A stretch of 64,000 nt of DNA from an uncultured Gemmatimonadales bacterium (GCA_963816355.1 CAWFKH010000003.1:42456-106455); one strand, 5' to 3'; shown: positions 32,132-41,803, counted from the first letter of the stretch. Notes: generated by a model not told the origin, from the sequence alone. Numbers and translations: made by a program.

Positions 32132-33538
32132 ATGGAGCGCTCCCCGGTCCAGGGATACCCCCAGATGTCGTTCCCGAGCGAACGGGTGAGGACCGGCGAA
32201 GCTCCGCCCGTGCCCACCCTGCCGTCGACCTGGGAGGCGACCGCCCTCCTCCACCCGTACGGCCCGCCGCCGAGCGACGGATCGGGCGGCGATGTCCCCT
32301 TCTACCAGATGTGCGTCGCGAAGATCGGCTACAAGGAGGGCGTGGTATTGTCCGCGCAGCTCACCGGCGTCGACTCGGGCGGGACGTGGTGGTACAAGGT
32401 CACGCCGCAGGGCACCACGGTGTCGACCGACCAGGGCAAGACGTGGAGCACGATCGACATCGGCTGGACGCTGCCGACGACGAGCTGGTTCTCGAGCGCG
32501 GCCGGCGCCACGTGGTTCGCGTCCGCGCCGATCAACTGGATGTCGAATCAGAGCTACGACTGGTGGAAGCAGCCGGTCCCCAACTCGAACGCGACCACCT
32601 GGATGTGGGCGGGAAGCAACGGCCTGCCCTTCCGCCTCATGTTCGGCGCGCCGCCGCCCACGCCGACGACGGGCGACCCCGCCCAGCTCGCCCTCTTCCA
32701 GAACTTCTCCTTCACCTATTTCCCGGCCTTTCAGGCGGTGTCGTCGCCAAACGTCGAGCAGTGGACGCCGCCGCAAATCCCCGGCTTCCAGTTCGGCAAC
32801 CCCGAGGGATACGAGCTGGTCGTGTGGCGGCCGAGCTTCGGCATGACCACGCTGATGACGCCGGTCGATTCGAAGAGCTTCCCGCTGCCGACCATCGTCA
32901 TGTACCAGTGGAAGCCGGACGCGGATTACCGCCTCCTCACCGACCGGGCGCAGGCGACCTTCATGTACTACGTCTACAATCCCGGCTCCGGCATCGATTC
33001 GCAGGAGGCCGACCTCTTCGGCGCCGCGCCCGCCGGCGTCAACCCGCCGCCGAACTCCGGGAACGGCTTCCTGATCACGGGAAAGACGGATGGCACGCAG
33101 ACGTGCGAGTCGATGGGGCTCGGCGAGGAGCCGCCGAACTGGGCGGGGATCCCGGCCGTGCAGGGGACGATCCACGCCACCGTCACGAACAATCCTGCGC
33201 TCTGCCCGGGCGAGGTCGTGACGATCATCTCCGTGCTCTTCCCACCCACCCCCGAGTATCCGGACGGACGCTTCCTGTGGACGTGGTACAGCCCGTTCCC
33301 GGGCTCGAACGGCACCCACAGCCGGCCGGTCACCTTCATGGAATCCGCGTCCAGCATCGCGGAGGGCGGGACGAGCCTCGCGCTCGCCGACTACTTCACC
33401 TACGCGGAGTTCGACACACCGATCGACCCCGGGATCTTCACCCTGCCGTCGGAGTGCAGCGGTGCCGGAAAGGCGGCCGCGAAGCGGCACCTGCTCGTGG
33501 CCCGCCACGCGGCGCACCCCTCGCCCCGCAGCCTGTAG
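32132..33538 (+). CDS. Hypothetical Trp/Pro/Thr-rich protein with putative tandem LolA/ependymin-like domains
   Basis: AAAGAGG SD; clean 468-codon ORF; family call inferred from motif pattern only. Confidence 0.7.
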   Translation: MERSPVQGYPQMSFPSERVRTGEAPPVPTLPSTWEATALLHPYGPPPSDGSGGDVPFYQMCVAKIGYKEGVVLSAQLTGVDSGGTWWYKVTPQGTTVSTDQGKTWSTIDIGWTLPTTSWFSSAAGATWFASAPINWMSNQSYDWWKQPVPNSNATTWMWAGSNGLPFRLMFGAPPPTPTTGDPAQLALFQNFSFTYFPAFQAVSSPNVEQWTPPQIPGFQFGNPEGYELVVWRPSFGMTTLMTPVDSKSFPLPTIVMYQWKPDADYRLLTDRAQATFMYYVYNPGSGIDSQEADLFGAAPAGVNPPPNSGNGFLITGKTDGTQTCESMGLGEEPPNWAGIPAVQGTIHATVTNNPALCPGEVVTIISVLFPPTPEYPDGRFLWTWYSPFPGSNGTHSRPVTFMESASSIAEGGTSLALADYFTYAEFDTPIDPGIFTLPSECSGAGKAAAKRHLLVARHAAHPSPRSL

Positions 33539-33547
33539 GGAGGGCGC

Positions 33548-33598
33548 CCGTCGCGGCGCGCCGGCGCCATGCCGTCGCGGCGCGCCGGCGCCATGCCG
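33548..33598. repeat. Perfect 24-bp direct tandem duplication
   Basis: ccgtcgcggcgcgccggcgccatg x2. Confidence 0.9.
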
Positions 33599-33615
33599 CC
33601 GCCGTGCAGTGAAGA

Positions 33616-33652
33616 CGAAGCGCCCGCCCCCGTAGCAGGGGCGGGCGCTTCG
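33616..33652. terminator. Strong hairpin between convergent genes (probable terminator)
   Basis: Perfect 15-bp stem cgaagcgcccgcccc/ggggcgggcgcttcg, 7-nt loop; no long U-tract. Confidence 0.6.
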
Positions 33653-33724
33653 GACGGCTCGGAGGCGGGCGCCGCTCGTTCGCGTGCGCCCGGCCGCCCG
33701 GCCGGGACCGTGGCCCGCGAGACG

Positions 33725-34096
33725 TCAGCGGCTGCTGGCCGCCTTCTCGACGCGGTCGACGACCTTGTCGATTCCCGCGATCAACTTCACCACGTCACCC
33801 TTCCCCTCGGCGCCCGCCAGATCCTGCGCGAACTGCAGCAGCACGCCGCGGATGGCGTCCCGGTTCGCGCCGCGGGCGCGGCGTCGGCGCGGACCACCGG
33901 CGCGGCCCCGGCGGGGTGGCGACATGCGCCGCTTGACCTGCAGCGGATAGCGCGCGTTGAACTGCCGTGGGCTCAGCTTCTCGATCGACTTGTCGACCTT
34001 GGTCGCCTTCTGAAAGAGGTCGCTCGTCGCGACACTCGGGTTCTTCTTGATCTCGTCCTCCACCATCTTCATGACCTTCTCGTTCACGTCGGCCAT
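33725..34096 (-). CDS. Small basic hypothetical protein (candidate nucleic-acid-binding)
   Basis: GGAGG SD; Lys-rich helical N-domain, RYPLQVKRR, Arg-rich linker, helical C-domain. Confidence 0.8.
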   Translation of the reverse strand: MADVNEKVMKMVEDEIKKNPSVATSDLFQKATKVDKSIEKLSPRQFNARYPLQVKRRMSPPRRGRAGGPRRRRARGANRDAIRGVLLQFAQDLAGAEGKGDVVKLIAGIDKVVDRVEKAASSR

Positions 34097-34146
34097 GCAT
34101 CGCCTCCATGCGGGAACGGGTACGCAAATTGTCGAGTGTGGCTGCA

Positions 34147-34174
34147 ATTAGCGGCTTCGCGCCTCCAATGTCAA
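34147..34174 (-). promoter_or_regulatory. Sigma-70-type promoter
   Basis: Perfect TTGACA (34174-34169) followed 16 nt later by GCTAAT. Confidence 0.55.
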
Positions 34175-34410
34175 GGAATATGACGAAGGAGCGCCCGCGG
34201 CATCGCTGGAGCAGCCGCGCGGCGTCCCTGAGAAGCTGCGCGGCGCCTCGCGAAAAGGCACGCGGCCGGCTTCGCGGGCGAGGATCGCCGCGCGACGGGT
34301 CGCGCACGCGCCCTCTCCGGTGGTTTGCCGGCGACGACCTCGCCCCTATATTGTCGCGCGCCCGGGGCCGGTGGCGCGGGCGCGAGAGACACGGGAGCCG
34401 ACGGAGCTCA

Positions 34411-34695
34411 ATGGAGAGACGGATGCAGGCAAGGGCTGGCGCCCTCGCGGTCGCGCTGCTGCTCGCGCTCGGCGCGGGCGCGTGCAACGCGACCACGGAC
34501 CATCGCGGGCCGTTCAAGGCGCCGCTCGAGCGGATGAACCTCGTCGTCACGCCGGAGGCGACGTCGGCGATGAGCCGCCTCGGCGAGCCGGTGCGGACGC
34601 CGCGTCTCACCCCCGACGGCGACGTCGCCCCGCCGGACCTCCAGGTCCCCCGCAGCGACAGCGCGCGCCAGGTCGTCGTCGACACGGCGAAGTAG
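34411..34695 (+). CDS. Small lipoprotein
   Basis: Hydrophobic signal with lipobox AGAC; alternative ATG 34423. Confidence 0.6.
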   Translation: MERRMQARAGALAVALLLALGAGACNATTDHRGPFKAPLERMNLVVTPEATSAMSRLGEPVRTPRLTPDGDVAPPDLQVPRSDSARQVVVDTAK

Positions 34696-34731
34696 GGCCC
34701 GCCTTCGAGCGGGAGCGCCGCACGGCCACCG

Positions 34732-35016
34732 TCATTGCAGCGGCGGCCGCGGCCGGTTCGCGCGCTGGAAGAGCTCGATGCGGTCCTTCTCGGCCAGTTC
34801 CTGCGCCCGCTCCAGCGCGATGCCCGGCGGCACGTGCCACTCGACGCCGGTCACGACGCCCTCCGGCGCGGAGAGGGGGCCTTCGCGGCGGAAAACGAGC
34901 GCGTTGTGCCAGGTGCCGTCCTCGTCCGGCTCGGAGCGGACCCAGACCGCGTGGCGCTGACCCTCGACGATGATCGTCCCGAGGTGTTCCTCGATGCGGT
35001 GACCGTCGCTTCTCAT
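34732..35016 (-). CDS. Small hypothetical protein
   Basis: GGAGAG SD; globular-looking 94-aa ORF. Confidence 0.65.
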   Translation of the reverse strand: MRSDGHRIEEHLGTIIVEGQRHAVWVRSEPDEDGTWHNALVFRREGPLSAPEGVVTGVEWHVPPGIALERAQELAEKDRIELFQRANRPRPPLQ

Positions 35017-35039
35017 GAGCGTCTCTCCGGAGGGTAGGA

Positions 35040-36431
35040 GTGCGCACCATCATCGAGCCGTTCAAGATCAAGGTCGTCGAGCCGATCCGGATGACGACCC
35101 GGGACGAGCGGCGCCACCATCTCGACGACGCCGGCTACAACGTCTTCCGGCTGCACGCCGAGGACGTGCTCATCGACCTGCTCACCGACAGCGGGACGGC
35201 GGCGATGAGCGCGGAACAGTGGGGCGGCATGATGCGGGGCGACGAGGCGTACGCCGGCAGTCGCTCCTTCTATCGCTTCGAGGCCGCCGTCCGCGACCTG
35301 TTCGGCTTCGAGCACGTGATCCCGACCCATCAGGGCCGGGCCGCCGAGCGGATCCTCTTCAGCACCATGTGCCGGCCGGGCGACGTGGTGCCGAACAACA
35401 CCCATTTCGACACCACGCGCGCGAACATCGAAGCGGTCGGGGCGCGCGCCATCGACCTGCCGACGCCGTCGGCCCGGCGGCTGCAAGAGCCGCACCCGTT
35501 CAAGGGCGACCTCGACGTCGCCGCGCTCGCCGCGCTGATCGAGGAGCACGGCAAGGCGCGCATCCCGCTCTGCATGATCACCCTCACCAACAACTCCGGC
35601 GGCGGCCAGCCGGTTTCCGTCGGCAACCTGCGCGAGGTGTCCGCGCTCTGCCGCAGCCACGGCATCCCGCTCTACATCGACGCGTGCCGCTTCGCCGAGA
35701 ACGCATACCTCGTCAAGCTGCGCGAGCCGGGCTACGCCGGCCGCGACGTCGCCGACATCGTGCGCGAGATCTTCTCCCACGCCGACGGCTGCACCTTCTC
35801 CGCGAAGAAGGACGGCATCGCCAACATCGGCGGCCTGCTCGCCACCAACGACGGCCGCCTCGCCCAGCAGGAGCGGGACCTGCTCATCCTCACGGAGGGC
35901 TTCCCGACCTATGGCGGGATGGCGGGGCGCGATCTCGAGGCGATCGCGATCGGCCTCCGCGAGGTCGTGCAGGAGGACTACCTCGCCTACCGGATCGCCT
36001 CCGTGCGCTACCTCGGCGAACACGTCGCCGCGGAAGGCGTGCCGATCGTGCAGCCGCCGGGCGGGCACGCCATCTACATCGACGCCGCCGCCTTCCTTCC
36101 CCACGTCGAGCCGCTCCGCCTCCCCGGCCAGTCCGTCGTCGCGGAGCTGTACCTCGAGGGCGGAGTGCGCGCCGTCGAGATCGGCACGGTCATGTTCGGC
36201 CGCCACGACCCGGAGAGCGGAGTGACGACGACCGCGCCGACCGAACTCGTGCGCCTCGCGATCCCCCGCCGCGTCTACACGCAGAGCCACATCGACTACG
36301 TCGTCGAGGTCGTGCTCGACGTGTGGCGCAGGCGCGAGCGGATCGGTGGCTTCCGCTTCACCCACCAGGCCCCGGTGCTGCGGCACTTCACCGCCACCTT
36401 CGCGCCCGACTACGACTTCGGCGCCCCATGA
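35040..36431 (+). CDS. tnaA: Tryptophanase (beta-eliminating lyase)
   Basis: IDLLTDSGT, GDEAYAGS, SAKKD (PLP lysine), RLAIPRRVYT; C-terminal LRHFTA has His as in tryptophanase rather than the Phe of tyrosine phenol-lyase. Confidence 0.88.
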   Translation: MRTIIEPFKIKVVEPIRMTTRDERRHHLDDAGYNVFRLHAEDVLIDLLTDSGTAAMSAEQWGGMMRGDEAYAGSRSFYRFEAAVRDLFGFEHVIPTHQGRAAERILFSTMCRPGDVVPNNTHFDTTRANIEAVGARAIDLPTPSARRLQEPHPFKGDLDVAALAALIEEHGKARIPLCMITLTNNSGGGQPVSVGNLREVSALCRSHGIPLYIDACRFAENAYLVKLREPGYAGRDVADIVREIFSHADGCTFSAKKDGIANIGGLLATNDGRLAQQERDLLILTEGFPTYGGMAGRDLEAIAIGLREVVQEDYLAYRIASVRYLGEHVAAEGVPIVQPPGGHAIYIDAAAFLPHVEPLRLPGQSVVAELYLEGGVRAVEIGTVMFGRHDPESGVTTTAPTELVRLAIPRRVYTQSHIDYVVEVVLDVWRRRERIGGFRFTHQAPVLRHFTATFAPDYDFGAP

Positions 36432-36889
36432 CGAAGCGCGAACGCCACGCGGCCATCCTCGACCTGGTCGGCGACCACCGCATCTCGAGTCAGGAAGCGC
36501 TCCGCGAGCTGCTCGCCGGGCGCGGCTTCGACGTCACGCAGGCGACGCTCTCGCGCGACATCCGCGAGCTCCGCCTCGTCAAGGTGCCGGACGCAAGCGG
36601 CCACCCGTTCTACGAGCTGCCCCCCGAGTCGTGGGACCAGACGCCGCCGCTGCAGAAGCTGCTGCCCGCCCTCTATGTCGGCGCCGAAGGCGCCGGCAAT
36701 CTCCTCGTCGTCAAGACGCTGACGGGCGGCGCCCAGCCGATCGCCGTCGCCGTCGACTGGGAGGAGTGGCCGGAGGTCCTCGGCACCATCGCCGGCGACG
36801 ACACGATCCTCGTGATCCTGCGCAACGCCGCCTCCCTCGATGCGGTGCAGGAGCGTCTGGAGCGCATCGCCGGCGCGGAAGAGAAGTAG
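36428..36889 (+). CDS. argR: Arginine repressor
   Basis: SQEAL, VTQATLSRDIREL, GTIAGDDT; ATGA overlap with tnaA. Confidence 0.95.
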   Translation: MTKRERHAAILDLVGDHRISSQEALRELLAGRGFDVTQATLSRDIRELRLVKVPDASGHPFYELPPESWDQTPPLQKLLPALYVGAEGAGNLLVVKTLTGGAQPIAVAVDWEEWPEVLGTIAGDDTILVILRNAASLDAVQERLERIAGAEEK

Positions 36890-36940
36890 GGCCGAAGATT
36901 CAGGCTGCCTGGAGTCTCCACCAGAGCGGGGGTCGCCATC

Positions 36941-37342
36941 GTGAAAATGCGGGCGCGCGGGACGTTCGAGGTGGACGTGAAGCCGCTGGACGCGTACGCC
37001 GCTGCGAAGAGCGAGATGCTCGGCCGGAGTTCCATCGACAAGCGCTTCGCGGGAGATCTCGAGGCGACGAGTCGCGGCGAGATGCTGAGCGCCGGGACCG
37101 ACGTCGCGGGCTCCGCCGGCTACGTGGCGATCGAGCGGGTCGAGGGATCGCTCGCAGGCCGCCTCGGCGCCTTCATCCTTCAGCACAGCGGGATACTCAC
37201 ACGCGGCGAGCCGAGTCTCTCGATCACGGTCGTTCCTGATTCCGGCACCGGCGACCTGGCGGGCCTTTCAGGGACCATGTCGGTCGAGATCGCGGACGGG
37301 CGGCACGGTTATACGTTCGAGTATGAGTTGCCGGAGAGGTGA
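36941..37342 (+). CDS. DUF3224-like protein
   Basis: KRFAGDLEATS, GSAGYVAIE, VVPDSGTGDLAGLSG. Confidence 0.85.
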   Translation: MKMRARGTFEVDVKPLDAYAAAKSEMLGRSSIDKRFAGDLEATSRGEMLSAGTDVAGSAGYVAIERVEGSLAGRLGAFILQHSGILTRGEPSLSITVVPDSGTGDLAGLSGTMSVEIADGRHGYTFEYELPER

Positions 37343-38640
37343 GGGGTGGGGATTGGACTGGGGATTGGACTGGGGATTGGACTGCGGGATTGGACTGCGG
37401 GATTGGACTGCGGGATTGGACTGCGGGATTGGACTGCGGGATTGGACTGCGGGCGGGCGGAGGCGGTCTTGTGATCGCAGCAGCCCCGGATAGAATACAC
37501 CGTCACGCGTCGGCATGCTTACTTGCAGAAGGCCGGCCGCGAGCGGGGCGACATCTTCGATCCGCATGATCGGCGCGGTCGCGCCCCGGTGGACGCCGGC
37601 CCCCGACAGCAGCAGCGCCGTGTGCATCCCCGCCTCGTCCGGAAGGTAGCCGTGCGCGGCGCCTTCGGTCGGCGCCAGCAGCGTCGCGGCGGTCGCGTCG
37701 TCGTCCAGCTCGATCCCCGGCACTGCGGCGAGCGCGAAGGGCGCCTCCGGGTCCGCGCCGAGCTCGCCCAGCTCCGGCCTCTCCACCACCCGCAGGAGGC
37801 GGCGCACGCCCGGCGCCAGCCCGGTGATCGCCTCCCGCGCGCGCGCCACCGCCTCGTCGTCCGCCGCCTCACGGAGGCGCAGGAACGCTGACCCGCCGCT
37901 GGCGTGGAACGTCGCGCGCCACTCGCCCCGGTCCCGTCTCGCCCCCATCAGTCCCGCCTCGATCAGGATCCGGTTCACGTTGATTCGCGTGTGCGTGTCC
38001 ACCGCGCCGTGGTCGCTCGTCACCAGGAACGCCATGCGCTCGCGCAGCCCGCACCGCTCCGCCACCTCCACCAGCATGCCGATCGCCCGGTCCGCCGCGC
38101 CGACCGCGCGCCGCGTCAGAGGGTTCGTGCGGCCGTGCAGGTGCGCGATGTGGTCCGTCCCGATCAGGTGCAGCATCAGCAGCGTCGGCCGGTACCGCTC
38201 CAGCAGCCACGCCGCGATCGCGCCCGCCTCGTCCTCGCGTCTCAGATGGCTCGGCGTAAAGTTCACCCGCCGCAGCCGCCCCGTCGCCTCCCGCTCGATC
38301 TCCTCGAACAGCCCCACCGGCCGTGTGGCTCGCCGGATCGTCTCCACCGGATCCGCAACCTCGTCGAGCGGCCACAGTCGGCACGTTCCACTCGACGTCC
38401 GCTCCCACGCTCACGGGCCACGCCACCAGCGCCACCGTTCCGCCCGCCGCCCTCACCCGCTGCCACAGCGTCGGCACCCGGATCGACGACGCCTCCCAGT
38501 ACCGCCGCTCGCTCTGGCCCGCCGCGTCGAACGGCCGGTTGTGCACGACGCCGTGCCGCGCCGGCCGCTCCCCCGTGATCATCGTCGTGTGCCCCGAATA
38601 CGTCGCGTCGGAAAGACGCTCCGCACCTCCCGCCCCCGCA
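37268..38640 (-). pseudogene. Degraded alkaline-phosphatase-superfamily (NPP/type I phosphodiesterase) gene
   Basis: SVFPT|[11 protein letters not shown] split by a frameshift near 38605; WNVP|LW split near 38378; D..AH..G, SDHG and HGY motifs present; N-terminus missing; 3' frame runs through the repeat. Confidence 0.8.
37348..37453. repeat. Short tandem repeat, 8 copies of GGGATTGGACTG(C), period 12 then 13
   Basis: GATTGGACTG at 37351, 37363, 37375, 37388, 37401, 37414, 37427, 37440. Confidence 0.95.
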
Positions 38641-38746
38641 CCATCCGGGCCCGAAACCCCCCAGACCCCATACCCCAGAGGCCGTTCCCGCAGACCACCT
38701 CCGCAGACCCCAGACCTGCCTGCAGGGCATTGACTCCGCCCTCACG

Positions 38747-38762
38747 ATGCATAACTATTCGT
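38747..38762 (+). promoter_or_regulatory. Putative ARG box (ArgR operator) overlapping the argG promoter
   Basis: ATGCATAACTATTCG resembles TG(C/A)ATnnnTAT(G/T)CA; TTGACT at 38730; AT-rich island upstream of argG. Confidence 0.65.
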
Positions 38763-38801
38763 CCTCGCGCAGCCGTTTATCCAAGAATCGGAGACCATTC
38801 G

Positions 38802-40274
38802 ATGCGACCCTACACCGTCGTGCTCGCCTACTCCGGCGGGCTGGACACGTCGATCATCGTGCCGTGGCTGCGGGAGAACTACGGCGCGGATGTCGTCTGC
38901 ATGGCGGCGGACGTGGGGCAGGCGGAGGAGCTGGCGGGGCTGGAGGCGAAGGCGCTGCGGCAGGGGGCAGTGGCGTGCGTGGTGGAGGATCTGCGGGAGG
39001 CGTTCGTGACGGAGGCGATCTGGCCGACGTTGCGAGCGGGTGCGGTGTATTCGCGGACGTACCTGCTGGGGACGTCGATGGCGCGGCCGATCATCGCGCG
39101 GGCGCAGGCGGAATATGCGGTGAAGATCGGGGCGCAGGCGGTGGCGCACGGGTGCACGGGGAAGGGGAACGACCAGGTGCGCTTCGAGCTGAGCTACGCG
39201 GCGTTCGCGCCCGGTCTGGAGGTGATCGCGCCGTGGCGGGAGTGGGACGTGCGGTCGCGGGAGCAGGCGATCGACTATGCAGCGGCGCGGGGGATCGAGG
39301 TGACGGCGACGAAGGAGAAGATCTTCTCGCGGGACCGCAACCTGTGGCACGTGTCGCACGAGGGGGGGCCTCTGGAGGACCCGTGGTTCGAGCCGGCGGC
39401 GGATCTTTTCCTGCTGACCGCGTCGCCGGAGGATGCGCCGGCGAAGGCGGAGTACGTGGAGATCGGGTTCGAGGCAGGCTATCCGGTGAGCGTGGACGGG
39501 GAAGCACTCGGGCCGGTGCGACTGTTGGAGGTGCTGAACGGGGTGGCGGGGCGGCACGGGGTGGGCCGGGCGGACGTCGTCGAGGACCGGCTCGTCGGCA
39601 TGAAGTCGCGCGGCATATACGAGACGCCCGGCGGCACGTTGCTCTACACGGCGCACCGGGAGCTGGAGCAGATGGTGCTGGACCGCCGCACGCTGGCGTT
39701 GAAGGACCAGCTCGCGGCGCGTTACGCGGACCTCGTCTACGAGGGCCGCTGGTGGTCGACGGAGCGTGAGGCGCTGGACGCGCTCGTCGATCGGACGCAG
39801 GATCGGGTGAGCGGCGTCGTGCGGTTAAAGCTGTACAGGGGCTCGGCGGCGGTCGTGGGGCGGAAGGCGGAGGCGTCGTTGTACGACCAGGCGCTCGCGT
39901 CCTTCGACAGCGCGTCGAGCTACGACCACGCGGACGCGGCGGGATTCATCCGCCTCTTCGCGTTGCCGACGCGGGTGGAGGCGCGGCGGCGCGGTGCGGC
40001 GGGCTTCGGCGGAGGCTGGCGGCCGGTGCCACCCGGTGTCCCGGCCCCTTCGCCGAACGGCACGGCGCCGGCGCCGGGCGTGGCTGCGCGGGCGACGAAC
40101 GGCGCGGCGGGGTCGGCGGCCGGGGGCGTGACGAGCGGCGCCGCGCCGACGTCGGCGCGCGTGAGTCCGACGCGCAGCGTATGGACGCGGGCCCACGGGT
40201 ACGGCGGCGCGTCGGGCGCGGCGGCGGCGGAGCTGGACGTGTCGCGGCGGTCCGGCTCGGCGACGAACGGCTAG
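38802..40274 (+). CDS. argG: Argininosuccinate synthase with low-complexity C-terminal extension
   Basis: [34 protein letters not shown]. Confidence 0.96.
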   Translation: MRPYTVVLAYSGGLDTSIIVPWLRENYGADVVCMAADVGQAEELAGLEAKALRQGAVACVVEDLREAFVTEAIWPTLRAGAVYSRTYLLGTSMARPIIARAQAEYAVKIGAQAVAHGCTGKGNDQVRFELSYAAFAPGLEVIAPWREWDVRSREQAIDYAAARGIEVTATKEKIFSRDRNLWHVSHEGGPLEDPWFEPAADLFLLTASPEDAPAKAEYVEIGFEAGYPVSVDGEALGPVRLLEVLNGVAGRHGVGRADVVEDRLVGMKSRGIYETPGGTLLYTAHRELEQMVLDRRTLALKDQLAARYADLVYEGRWWSTEREALDALVDRTQDRVSGVVRLKLYRGSAAVVGRKAEASLYDQALASFDSASSYDHADAAGFIRLFALPTRVEARRRGAAGFGGGWRPVPPGVPAPSPNGTAPAPGVAARATNGAAGSAAGGVTSGAAPTSARVSPTRSVWTRAHGYGGASGAAAAELDVSRRSGSATNG

Positions 40275-40288
40275 GGCGGGCGGGGCGG

Positions 40289-41689
40289 GTGGCGGACGCG
40301 AGTGGACCGTTCCGGCTCTACGCGGGGCGCTACGCGGAAGGGCCGGCGGCGTCGCTGGACGCGCTGAACCGCAGCCTGCCGGTGGACGTTCGGCTGTGGC
40401 AGGAGGATGTGGAGGCGAGCCGTGCGTGGGCGCGGGCGCTGGCGCGGGCCGGCGTGATCGACGCCGCGGACGCGCTCGGCCTGGATACGGGGCTGGTCCG
40501 CGTCGCCGCGCGGCTGCAGGCGGGCGAAGCGGCGAGCGCGCCGGACGAGGACATCCATACGCTGGTCGAGCGGCTGCTTTACGAGGAGGTCGGCGAGGTG
40601 GCGGGGCGGCTGCACACGGGCCGCTCGCGCAACGACCAGGTGGCGACGGACGCGCGCTTGTGGGCGATGCGCGCCGCGGAGCGCGCGGGCGCCGCTGTCG
40701 CCTCGCTGCAGCGCTCGCTTCTCGCGCAGGCGGAATCCACGGTCGAGCTCCTGATGCCTGCCTACACGCACGTCCGGCGGGCGCAGCCGGTGCGGGTCGC
40801 GCACTGGCTGCTGGCGCACTTCTGGGCGCTGGAACGGGACCGCGCGCGGCTGGGCGACGCGCTCGAGCGGGTCGCGACGCTGCCGCTCGGCTCCGGCGCG
40901 ATCGCCGGCTCCGGCTTCGAAGTGGATCGCGCGCGCATCGCCGCCGAGCTCGGCTTCCGGGGCGTGTCGGAGAACTCGATGGACGCGGTGGGCGACCGCG
41001 ACTGGGTGGCGGAGCTGGTGTTCGTCGCCGCGTTGCTCGCGGGGCACCTGTCGCGCCTGGCGGAGGACCTGATCCTCTTCTCGACGGACGAGTTCGGCTT
41101 CGTGCGGCTGCCGGAGGCGTACACGACCGGATCCAGCCTGATGCCGCAGAAGCGCAACCCGGACGGGCTCGAGCTCGCGCGTGGCAAGGCGGCGCGAGCG
41201 GTGGGGGACGTCGCCGCCTCGCTCGCGCTGCTGAAGGGGCTGCCGACCGGCTATCAGAAGGACCTGCAGGAGGACAAGACGCTCCTCTTCCGCGCCTTCG
41301 ACGACCTCGCCGCGTTGCTGCCGGCCACGGCGGCGACGGTCGCCGGCCTCGAATGGGACGCGGCCGCGCTCGCCCGAGCCGCCGCGGACCCCGCGCTCCT
41401 CGCCACCGACCTCGCCGACGAGCTGGTGCGGCGGGGCGTCCCCTTCCGCGAGGCGCACGGCGTCGTCGCGCGCCTGGTGCGGCAGGCCGATGAGGCGGGC
41501 GTGGCGCTGGACGCGTTGCCGGCGGAGTCGTACGTCGCCGCGCACGCGGCGCTCGCCGCCGGCCCGCCGCCGCTCGGGGCGGAGGCGTCGGTGGAAGCGC
41601 GCCGGCTACCCGGCGGCACCGCCCGCGCGGCGGTCGAGGCGCAGATCGCGGACGCCCGCCGTCGCCTGAAGGTGGCGGCGTCGCCCTGA
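40289..41689 (+). CDS. argH: Argininosuccinate lyase
   Basis: LHTGRSRNDQVATD, GSSLMPQKRNPD, YQKDLQEDK; start codon uncertain. Confidence 0.95.
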   Translation: MADASGPFRLYAGRYAEGPAASLDALNRSLPVDVRLWQEDVEASRAWARALARAGVIDAADALGLDTGLVRVAARLQAGEAASAPDEDIHTLVERLLYEEVGEVAGRLHTGRSRNDQVATDARLWAMRAAERAGAAVASLQRSLLAQAESTVELLMPAYTHVRRAQPVRVAHWLLAHFWALERDRARLGDALERVATLPLGSGAIAGSGFEVDRARIAAELGFRGVSENSMDAVGDRDWVAELVFVAALLAGHLSRLAEDLILFSTDEFGFVRLPEAYTTGSSLMPQKRNPDGLELARGKAARAVGDVAASLALLKGLPTGYQKDLQEDKTLLFRAFDDLAALLPATAATVAGLEWDAAALARAAADPALLATDLADELVRRGVPFREAHGVVARLVRQADEAGVALDALPAESYVAAHAALAAGPPPLGAEASVEARRLPGGTARAAVEAQIADARRRLKVAASP

Positions 41690-41803
41690 GCGGAGCCCGG
41701 TCCGCCTCCGGGCGCCGCGCGGGCGGCCTTGCCGCGCACCGACGTGCGCCGCACTTTGACCCGCCGCCGGACGTACCGTGATCACCCGCGCGGGATCGAG
41801 GAG

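Noticed and set aside
37348-37453. Repeat array as a possible CRISPR
   Set aside because: 12-13 bp head-to-tail units with no spacers, and no cas genes
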